64,000 nucleotides of DNA from an uncultured Eubacteriales bacterium (lineage in GTDB: Bacteria; Bacillota; Clostridia; Christensenellales; UBA1242). Numbering within the stretch: the stretch's first letter is position 1; each line of letters opens with the position of its first letter. Below, piece after piece: positions 8,675 to 15,346 of the stretch. The position numbers and the translations under genes were made by a program. The DNA lies in assembly GCA_949841245.1 (NCBI GenBank), contig CATKYT010000003.1, positions 1,877 to 65,876 on the forward strand, read 5' to 3'. The notes beneath the pieces were generated by a model. That model did not search any database. It saw only the letters and a list, made by a program, of their open reading frames with translations, and was not told where the DNA came from.

Positions 8675-8703
8675 ACCGCATTTTTGAAAGTGCGGTTTTT
8701 TTG
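8675..8703 (+). terminator. rho-independent terminator ending the cassette
   Basis: ACCGCA-tttttgaaag-TGCGGT followed by a T run. Confidence 0.8.
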
Positions 8704-8791
8704 TTGTAAAGTGAAAAATGTTTATTAAAATACTTGAAATCTGTTTTGTTATATGATATGATGTATTTAAGCGTAAAAAAGGAGGAGAGAT

Positions 8792-9112
8792 ATGAAAAAA
8801 ATTCTTTACACAATTTTGTCGGTTTTGTCTATTGCATACATTGCTTTTTTGATTGTGGATATAATTGGAGAACAAGACATTATAAACTTAAACTTAGGTG
8901 AATTCCAAAAAATATTCGACATCATTGTTAAGTTTGGTGGTGTGGCAATTATTTTCTGTTTTGCACTTGTAAACTTTGCAGGAAGCCCACTTAAAACAGT
9001 GTTCTTCATTTTGCTTATTTTGGCAATAGTGCTTTACATTGTTGTGCTTATTGTTCCTGATTTCTTTGCAAATTTGTTCGCTCCAAAAGCATTTATTAAC
9101 TTATTGTTTTAA
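8792..9112 (+). CDS. Small integral membrane protein (3 TM), unknown function
   Basis: Strong RBS AAAGGAGGAG. It has its own promoter-like TTGAAA...TATGAT upstream. The 106 aa are hydrophobic. Confidence 0.6.
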   Translation: MKKILYTILSVLSIAYIAFLIVDIIGEQDIINLNLGEFQKIFDIIVKFGGVAIIFCFALVNFAGSPLKTVFFILLILAIVLYIVVLIVPDFFANLFAPKAFINLLF

Positions 9113-9146
9113 TGATTTTTAAATTGAACATAATTTAAGGGAATTA

Positions 9147-11642
9147 ATGGAAAAGTTTATTATTATTGATGGTAACAGTTTAGCAAATAGGGCATTTTAT
9201 GCAATGCCCTATTTATCTAATCATGAACAAAAGCCGTCTGGGGCGGTGTTTGGTTTTGCAAACTTGATTACAAAACTTATAACAGAACAAAAACCAGATT
9301 ATATTGCAGTGGCATTTGACCATGCACGAAAAACTTTTCGAAATGAAATTTATGCAGACTATAAGGGAACTCGAAAGGAAACTCCTTCTGACCTTTTGGC
9401 TCAGTTTCCTGTTATTAAGCAGATGCTTGATGTGATGAAAATAAAAGTGTTTGAATTTGCTGGAATTGAAGCAGACGACATTATTGGAACCATTGCAAAA
9501 CATTCGGGTTTGAACAATATTTTGGTTTCTGGTGACAGAGATTTGTTGCAACTTATTGATGACAACACTCATGTTTGGTTAACTAAAAAAGGTGTAACAG
9601 ATGTTGAAGTTAATGACGAAAAAGTTTTAATGGAAAAGTTTTCTTTGCCACCATCAGGCATAATCGAATTGAAAGCGCTTATGGGTGACAGTTCAGACAA
9701 CATACCTGGTGTTATGGGGGTTGGAGAGAAAACTGCGCTTTCACTTTTACAGACTTATGGCACAATTAAAAATCTTTATTCTCATCTTGATGAAATTAAG
9801 GGTAAACTTAAAGAAAAACTGGAAACAGATAAAGTTAATGCTTTCATGTCAAAAGAACTTGCCACAATCAAAACGGATTGTGACATTGATTTTAATTTGT
9901 CTGATTGTAAATATGAATTTCCATTTTCACAAGATGTAAAAAACTTTTTTGAAAAGTGGGATTTCAGAAGTCTTGCTAACAGGAAAGACATTTTTGCGGA
10001 AGGTGTGCATTCAGAGAAAAAAGATGTCAAAAAAATTGCATTAAACAATGTTGATGATTTTATAAATTTCAGAAATAAAATTAAAAACTATTTTTGTTTC
10101 GATTTAGATAAAATGGAATTTGCTTGTGGTGGCGAAGAAATTTATTTTGTAGAAAAAGAGATAAGTCTTTTTGTGGAAACTATGGACTTAGACCAAATTT
10201 TAGAAATTTTGAAACCAGTTTTTGAAAATAAAAACATTATCAAAATTACTTATTCTTCGAAATCAGACATGAAGATTTTAAATAAATTGAACATTAAACT
10301 TGAAAATTTCTTTGATTTGGACATTGCAGAATATATGCTTTATGCTGGCATGCAAAGGGTGGAAAAACAAAGTGTTTGTGATTACATCAATTTGATGACT
10401 TCGCTTACAAGTAAAATGTCAAATGAAAAAGTTTTAAAAATTTATAATGAAATTGAAATTCCACTTGTCAGCGTTTTGGTTGACATGGAAGAAGAAGGTT
10501 TTAAAATTGATTCAGCAATTTTAAACCAATTAAGTGAAAAGTTTGATGCAGAACTCTCTGAATTGGTGCAAAAGATTTATGAGTTGGCAGGAGAAGAATT
10601 TAACATCAATTCTCCTAAACAAGTTGCAGGAATTCTTTTTGATAAATTAAAATTGAAATCGTATAACAACAAAAAACAATCTACAAATTTTGCAGTTTTG
10701 GATGATATGCGATGGCAACACGAGATTGTTGACTTGATTATTCGACACAGAAAATTGAGTAAACTTATAAGCACATATATAAAAGTCTATGAAAATATAT
10801 GTGAAAAGAGTGGTCCTGTAATTCATACTGTTTTTAATCAAACTTTAACTTCAACCGGCAGACTTTCAAGTTCCGAACCAAACATGCAAAACATTCCAAC
10901 TCGTGATGAAGAAGGCAGAAATTTAAGAAAAATTTTTGTTTCTAAATATGACCAAGGGGAAATTATTTCTGCTGATTACAGTCAAATTGAATTGCGACTT
11001 CTTGCAAATATGGCGGAAGAAGAAAGCATGATTCACGCTTATCAAAATGGAATTGATATTCATACAAAGACAGCAAGCGAGATTTTTGGTGTTCCTGTTG
11101 AAAAGGTTACACAATCTCAAAGACAAGATGCAAAAGCGGTTAATTTTGGAATTATATATGGAATAAGTGACTATGGACTTTCACAGAATATAAAAACTTC
11201 TCGTTTTAAAGCAAAGCAATATATGGACAGTTATTTTGACCGTTATCCTAAGATTAAGTCTTACATGGAACAAAACATTGAATTTGCCAAAGAAAATGGT
11301 TTTATAAAGTCTTATTTTGGAAGAACAAGACATGTTCCTGAAATTAAATCGTCAAATTACACTGTAAGAAAGTTTGGGGAAAGGGTGGCAATGAATATGC
11401 CATTACAAGGAACTGCATCTGATATAATCAAAATTGCAATGGTAAGGGTGGCAAAAAGGCTGAAAGGTATGAAAAGCCATATTATATTGCAAATTCATGA
11501 CGAACTTATTGTGGATGCTGTAAAAGATGAAATTCAGCAAGTTAAAGAAATTCTTAAACAAGAAATGGAAAATGTTTGTGATTTCCAAGTTTCACTTAAA
11601 GTTTCAGTTTCGAGTGGCAAAAATTTGTTTGATTGCAAGTAA
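9147..11642 (+). CDS. polA: DNA polymerase I
   Basis: N-terminal 5'-nuclease (IIDGNSLANRAFYA). Pol A motifs are DYSQIELR, RQDAKAVNFGIIYG and QIHDELIV. Confidence 0.95.
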   Translation: MEKFIIIDGNSLANRAFYAMPYLSNHEQKPSGAVFGFANLITKLITEQKPDYIAVAFDHARKTFRNEIYADYKGTRKETPSDLLAQFPVIKQMLDVMKIKVFEFAGIEADDIIGTIAKHSGLNNILVSGDRDLLQLIDDNTHVWLTKKGVTDVEVNDEKVLMEKFSLPPSGIIELKALMGDSSDNIPGVMGVGEKTALSLLQTYGTIKNLYSHLDEIKGKLKEKLETDKVNAFMSKELATIKTDCDIDFNLSDCKYEFPFSQDVKNFFEKWDFRSLANRKDIFAEGVHSEKKDVKKIALNNVDDFINFRNKIKNYFCFDLDKMEFACGGEEIYFVEKEISLFVETMDLDQILEILKPVFENKNIIKITYSSKSDMKILNKLNIKLENFFDLDIAEYMLYAGMQRVEKQSVCDYINLMTSLTSKMSNEKVLKIYNEIEIPLVSVLVDMEEEGFKIDSAILNQLSEKFDAELSELVQKIYELAGEEFNINSPKQVAGILFDKLKLKSYNNKKQSTNFAVLDDMRWQHEIVDLIIRHRKLSKLISTYIKVYENICEKSGPVIHTVFNQTLTSTGRLSSSEPNMQNIPTRDEEGRNLRKIFVSKYDQGEIISADYSQIELRLLANMAEEESMIHAYQNGIDIHTKTASEIFGVPVEKVTQSQRQDAKAVNFGIIYGISDYGLSQNIKTSRFKAKQYMDSYFDRYPKIKSYMEQNIEFAKENGFIKSYFGRTRHVPEIKSSNYTVRKFGERVAMNMPLQGTASDIIKIAMVRVAKRLKGMKSHIILQIHDELIVDAVKDEIQQVKEILKQEMENVCDFQVSLKVSVSSGKNLFDCK

Positions 11643-11727
11643 TGTTTGGAATTATTGCTAATTTATTTGACTATTTTTCCAAATTTAGTTAAAATAATTA
11701 TGGTGATATATGCAATATTCAAGAAAA

Positions 11728-12135
11728 ATGGGTTTGGATTATGGGAAAGCAAGAATAGGTGTGGCATTTTCAGATTTGTCATCAACTATTGCCAGTGCAG
11801 ACCATATTTACAAAACCGTTTCACAAGAGAAAGACTTGCAATATTTTGCGGAGCTTATTAAAGAAAAACTTGTTGACACGGTTGTTTTTGGGCTTCCACT
11901 AAACGCAGATGGCACAGAAAGTGAAATGTCTGCTGTTGTAAGGGATTTCGCATCAAAACTTCAACAAATTTCAAATGTTAAAATGGTTTTTCAAGATGAG
12001 CGTTACACTTCGTTTGAAGCGGAAGAATACTTAAAAGAAGCGGGAATTAAGTGGGAAAAACGCAAAGAATTGTTGGATAAAATCTCTGCACAAATTATAT
12101 TGCAAAATTACATGGATGAAAATCCAAAAAATTAA
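11728..12135 (+). CDS. ruvX: Holliday-junction-resolvase-like pre-16S rRNA nuclease YqgF/RuvX
   Basis: MGLDYGKARIGVAFSD N-terminus. The start is taken at the in-frame ATG 11728. Confidence 0.85.
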   Translation: MGLDYGKARIGVAFSDLSSTIASADHIYKTVSQEKDLQYFAELIKEKLVDTVVFGLPLNADGTESEMSAVVRDFASKLQQISNVKMVFQDERYTSFEAEEYLKEAGIKWEKRKELLDKISAQIILQNYMDENPKN

Positions 12136-12146
12136 AGGAGAAAATT

Positions 12147-12539
12147 ATGGATAAGAAGAAAATTCAAAAAATCGAAGAAGTTTCAAAAAAAATTGAAGAA
12201 GAAGAAAATGAGCTTGATTTGGTTGATGTGCTTTTAGATATGGACAATAAAGACCCAATCGTTCTTATTGATGGAAATGGAAAAAAGATTTCTTTCGAAC
12301 AAATCGCTGTAATTCCTTACAACGAAAAAATCTATTGCGTTTTAAAACCAATTGACAAAATTGATAATGTTCAAGACGATGAAGCAATTGTTTTCTATGT
12401 AGATGAAAAAGACGGTCAAAAAGTTCTTATGGTTGAAACAGATGAAAAGGTTGCTATCAGTGTGTTTGATGAATATTACAATCTGCTTGATAAAGAAGAT
12501 GCAAAAAACAAAAAGGGAACAAAGGCTTCTAAAAAATAA
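12147..12539 (+). CDS. DUF1292 (YrzB-like) protein
   Basis: The core ...ISFEQIAVIPYNEKIYCVLKPID...DEAIVFYVDE... is typical of DUF1292. It follows ruvX, as in Bacillus. Confidence 0.7.
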   Translation: MDKKKIQKIEEVSKKIEEEENELDLVDVLLDMDNKDPIVLIDGNGKKISFEQIAVIPYNEKIYCVLKPIDKIDNVQDDEAIVFYVDEKDGQKVLMVETDEKVAISVFDEYYNLLDKEDAKNKKGTKASKK

Positions 12540-12620
12540 TTTCTTCTTTGATTAAACAAAGTGATTGAGATGTTCTCATATTATTTTGTTGTGTAATTTT
12601 TGGAAATTATAATATTTAAA

Positions 12621-12648
12621 AGACATCTAAAACTTAGGTGTCTTTTTT
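12621..12648 (+). terminator. rho-independent terminator
   Basis: AGACATCTA-aaact-TAGGTGTCT followed by TTTTTT. Confidence 0.7.
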
Positions 12649-12727
12649 ATAAATTTATGTATAATTTAACAGAAATTAAGCAAAATAGAATTACAAGGCT
12701 TATGTGTCTTGAAAAGGGAGGAAGACT

Positions 12728-12919
12728 ATGTTCGGTAGAAAAAAGAAGGAAAACTGCAAGGATTGTGCTAGGGGTTGTGGTAAGAACTCCACAGAAGCTG
12801 CAAAAGAAAGCACTTCTTCAAAGCAATCAAAAGCAAAACAATCCACTTCTTCAAAACAATCAACTAAGGGTGGTTGTTGCGGAAAGAAAAGTGGAACTTC
12901 TGCAAAATCTTGCAAATAG
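12728..12919 (+). CDS. Small Lys/Ser/Cys-rich protein, unknown function
   Basis: Strong RBS AAGGGAGGAAG 5 nt upstream. It is bracketed by a promoter-like TATAAT upstream and a terminator downstream. The 63 aa include 7 Cys (CxxCxxxC...CC...C) and an internal SSKQS(K/T) repeat. Confidence 0.55.
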   Translation: MFGRKKKENCKDCARGCGKNSTEAAKESTSSKQSKAKQSTSSKQSTKGGCCGKKSGTSAKSCK

Positions 12920-12935
12920 TTAAACTGACCAATAG

Positions 12936-12966
12936 AAAACTCGCTTGTTAAGTGAGTTTTTTATTT
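12936..12966 (+). terminator. rho-independent terminator
   Basis: AAAACTC-gcttgttaagt-GAGTTTT followed by a T-rich tail. Confidence 0.6.
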
Positions 12967-12967
12967 T

Positions 12968-13023
12968 ATGCATAATACACAATTAAGAGTGTGATATGTG
13001 TCATATTACTCTATATATTGTGT
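12968..13023. repeat. Intergenic palindromic repeat, copy R1 (3-4 units)
   Basis: ATGCATAATACACAAT..TGTGATATGTGTCATATTACTCTATATATTGTGT. It lies between convergent genes and abuts the stop of the pseudouridine synthase gene. Confidence 0.7.
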
Positions 13024-13896
13024 TTATAAATACTTTTTCCAATCAAGTGGATAATCAACTTGAATGAAAATTTTTTGATTTGTTCTGAAATGAATAAACG
13101 AAATTTCTTTTAAAAGCAGAAAGGTATGTGTTTCATTTGGATTTTCTGAATAGATTGAATCGCCAATTAAACTGTTGCCAATGTGACTTAAATGGACTCG
13201 AATTTGATGTGTTCTTCCAGTTTCAAGGGTAACTCTAATCAGTGAATAATTGTTGTAAATTTGTTCTGTGATGACATGAGTTATTGCTTTTTTGCCGTTT
13301 TCTGAAACGACCCTTTTTAATTGGTTGATTCCATTTTCATTTTTTGTCAATATTGGCTGGTTTATGGTAAACTGTTTTTCTGTCAATTTGCCATTACATA
13401 AAGCCATATAGACTTTGTTTATTTTGTTGGTGTTGTTATATGCCAATAAATTTTTGACTATAACAACAATTCCGGCAGTTTCTCTGTCCAGACGATTTAA
13501 AATCCTTAAAACAAAATTGGGTTGTTTGTCATTCATATAATGGCAAACTTGACCGCCAAGATTGTCGCAGTAATGAGATTTTGATGGGGTGCAGGACAAA
13601 TTGTGTGGTTTGTTTACTATTAAATAATCATCATCTTCAAATAGAATATCTAATTTCCCTTCACACAGGTGAATATTGGTTTTTATATTGGGGTTTTTGT
13701 GGATTTCTAAAACATCGCCATTTTTCAATTTTTGATTTATTTTTACATATTCGCCATTTAATTTCATGGAGTTTGGAAAAGTTCTTAAATTTTTTATATA
13801 ATGCTCGGAAAAATTATTATTTTTCAAAAAGAAAAATATGGTGGGTTGTTTAAGCGATGAGATGTTTTCTATTAGGAATTTTTCATATTCTATCAT
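13024..13896 (-). CDS. RluA-family pseudouridine synthase
   Basis: NRLDRETAGIVVI catalytic Asp motif and GRTHQIRVHLSHIG motif, with an N-terminal S4-like region. Confidence 0.85.
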   Translation of the reverse strand: MIEYEKFLIENISSLKQPTIFFFLKNNNFSEHYIKNLRTFPNSMKLNGEYVKINQKLKNGDVLEIHKNPNIKTNIHLCEGKLDILFEDDDYLIVNKPHNLSCTPSKSHYCDNLGGQVCHYMNDKQPNFVLRILNRLDRETAGIVVIVKNLLAYNNTNKINKVYMALCNGKLTEKQFTINQPILTKNENGINQLKRVVSENGKKAITHVITEQIYNNYSLIRVTLETGRTHQIRVHLSHIGNSLIGDSIYSENPNETHTFLLLKEISFIHFRTNQKIFIQVDYPLDWKKYL

Positions 13897-13951
13897 TTGA
13901 ATAATAGTAACATATTTGGCGGTTTTATGGCAAATTATTTGGTTAATTTGC

Positions 13952-13980
13952 TTGACTATAATTTTTTACTATGTTAAAAT
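13952..13980 (+). promoter_or_regulatory. pheST promoter
   Basis: TTGACT (13952-13957), 17 nt spacer, TAAAAT (13975-13980). Confidence 0.55.
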
Positions 13981-13989
13981 TACTGCATA

Positions 13990-14232
13990 TTTAAAGACTA
14001 TGATGAAAGAGCAGTAAGTTTTGATGTTTTCCACAGAGAGCCTAAGTTTGCTGAGATTAGGCGAAAATGAAATTCTGAATTCACTTTCTAGTTGCTTCTT
14101 GAAGGATTTGTTTGAATTTGTGTAGGGAATGCCGTTTGACATGCGTTAAGTGTTTGAATGAGGTGTTTTAAACACGAAATTAGGTGGTACCACGGTTATA
14201 TAAATCGTCCTAATGTTTGGGCGATTTTTTTG
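13990..14232 (+). promoter_or_regulatory. T-box riboswitch leader (Phe specifier expected) with terminator
   Basis: AGAGA box at ~14034. UUC-A candidate specifier in GAATTCACT (~14076). Conserved T-box sequence AAATTAGGTGGTACCACGG (14177-14195). Terminator AATCGTCC..GGGCGATTTTTTT (14203-14231). It lies directly upstream of pheS. Confidence 0.85.
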
Positions 14233-14260
14233 TTGCTTAAAGATTTTTAAAGGAGAGATT

Positions 14261-15280
14261 ATGAAAGATAAACTTAAAGAAATTTTGAAAAATGGCTTAC
14301 AAAAAGTGGAAGAACTTGTTGATTTAAAGGCTTTGGATGAAGTCAGAGTTAAATTTCTTGGAAAAACGGGTGAACTTACTCAAATTTTGCGTGGAATGAA
14401 AGATGTTCCTGCGGAAGACAGAAAAGAAGTTGGCTCAATTGCCAATAATGTCAGAGTTAAACTTGAAGAAGCGATAACCAACAAATTGTGCGAACTTGAA
14501 AATGCTAAACTTTTGGCTGACATGGAAAAAGAAAAGGTGGATATAACAGAACCAAGCAAAGGAACAAAAAAAGGTGCTTTGCATCCTTTAACTCGTTTTA
14601 ATAACAAGTTTATGCAGTTGTGTGTTGAAATGGGCTTCACGGTTATTCAAACCCCTGAAATTGAAACTGATTATTATAATTTTGAAGCGTTGAATGTTCC
14701 AAAAAACCATCCTGCAAGAGATATGCAAGATAGTTTATATATTACAGACACAATTTTGATGAGAACTCACACTTCTCCTGCACAGGTTAGGGCAATGGAA
14801 ACTTTGAAACCACCTTTTAAAATTGTTTGTCCAGGCAGAGTTTACAGAAATGATAATGACAGTTCGCATTCTCCAATTTTTAACCAGTTCGAAGCGCTTG
14901 TTATCGATGAAAACATTGGTTTGAAAGATTTTATGACTATGGTTAAAGAAATGGCTGTTCGTTTGTATGGTGAAGATGTTAAGATGAGAGTAAGACCATC
15001 TTATTTTCCGTTTACTGAGCCAAGCATTGAAATTGATGCAACTTGCCAGTTGTGTAAAGGCAAGGGTTGTTCGCTTTGTAAAGGAACGGGTTTTTCTGAA
15101 TTCTTTGGGGGTGGAATTGTAAATCCTGTCATTTTGGAAATGTCTGGAATTGACAGCAACAAATATAGCGGTTTTGCCTTTGGTCCTGGAATTGACAGAA
15201 GTGTTATGGTGACCAACAAAATTCCAAATATTAAATATTTGTTTAGAAACGATTTAAGATTTTTGAAACAAATGAAATGA
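14261..15280 (+). CDS. pheS: Phenylalanine--tRNA ligase alpha subunit
   Basis: ATG 14261 follows AAGGAGAG. The ORF-track start at 14213 would include the T-box terminator. Class II motifs RTHTSPAQVR, GRVYRND and FGPGIDR are present. Confidence 0.95.
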   Translation: MKDKLKEILKNGLQKVEELVDLKALDEVRVKFLGKTGELTQILRGMKDVPAEDRKEVGSIANNVRVKLEEAITNKLCELENAKLLADMEKEKVDITEPSKGTKKGALHPLTRFNNKFMQLCVEMGFTVIQTPEIETDYYNFEALNVPKNHPARDMQDSLYITDTILMRTHTSPAQVRAMETLKPPFKIVCPGRVYRNDNDSSHSPIFNQFEALVIDENIGLKDFMTMVKEMAVRLYGEDVKMRVRPSYFPFTEPSIEIDATCQLCKGKGCSLCKGTGFSEFFGGGIVNPVILEMSGIDSNKYSGFAFGPGIDRSVMVTNKIPNIKYLFRNDLRFLKQMK

Positions 15281-15323
15281 TATGTTGATGTGTTATGCGT
15301 GAATACTACGCAATATTTTGTGT
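15281..15323. repeat. Intergenic palindromic repeat, copy R2
   Basis: TATGTTGATGTGTTATGCGTGAATACTACGCAATATTTTGTGT, immediately after the pheS stop and inside the pheS-pheT spacer. Confidence 0.55.
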
Positions 15324-15346
15324 TTTGATTTTTAAAGGAGAAGAAA

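Larger units (their letters stand above)
1458..8703 (+). mobile_element. Phage-derived head-morphogenesis cassette plus holin pair; lacks large terminase, tail, endolysin, integrase and repressor (satellite-like, domesticated or a remnant)
   Basis: One co-directional, tightly packed gene block runs from its own sigma-A-like promoter (1458-1486) to a rho-independent terminator (8675-8703). Genes are coupled by ATGA overlaps at 1999-2002 and 8047-8050. The order is TerS-like, Zn-ribbon, portal, scaffold, capsid, three ORFs, BhlA, holin. Housekeeping genes flank it on both sides. Confidence 0.7.

Noticed and set aside
8446-8875. Overlapping ORFs (8446-8652 +, 8472-8813 -, 8483-8875 -)
   Set aside because: They overlap the holin gene, its terminator and the next gene's promoter, and their composition is low-complexity.
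1365-9146. Search for att-type direct repeats flanking the capsid cassette
   Set aside because: The only shared string I found was an 8-mer (TACAATTA) in AT-rich DNA, which is not significant. I therefore make no claim about integration boundaries.
12600-12923. Alternative frames over the small Cys-rich gene (107-aa + ORF and 71-aa - ORF)
   Set aside because: Neither has an RBS, and the 107-aa frame would start inside the upstream terminator. Only the 12728 frame sits between an RBS and a terminator. The open alternative frames are a by-product of the AAR/AGC-rich repeat.
14213-14260. N-terminal extension of the pheS ORF (MFGRFFCCLKIFKGEI...)
   Set aside because: The extension is encoded by the T-box terminator and its T run. 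A strong RBS precedes the ATG at 14261.
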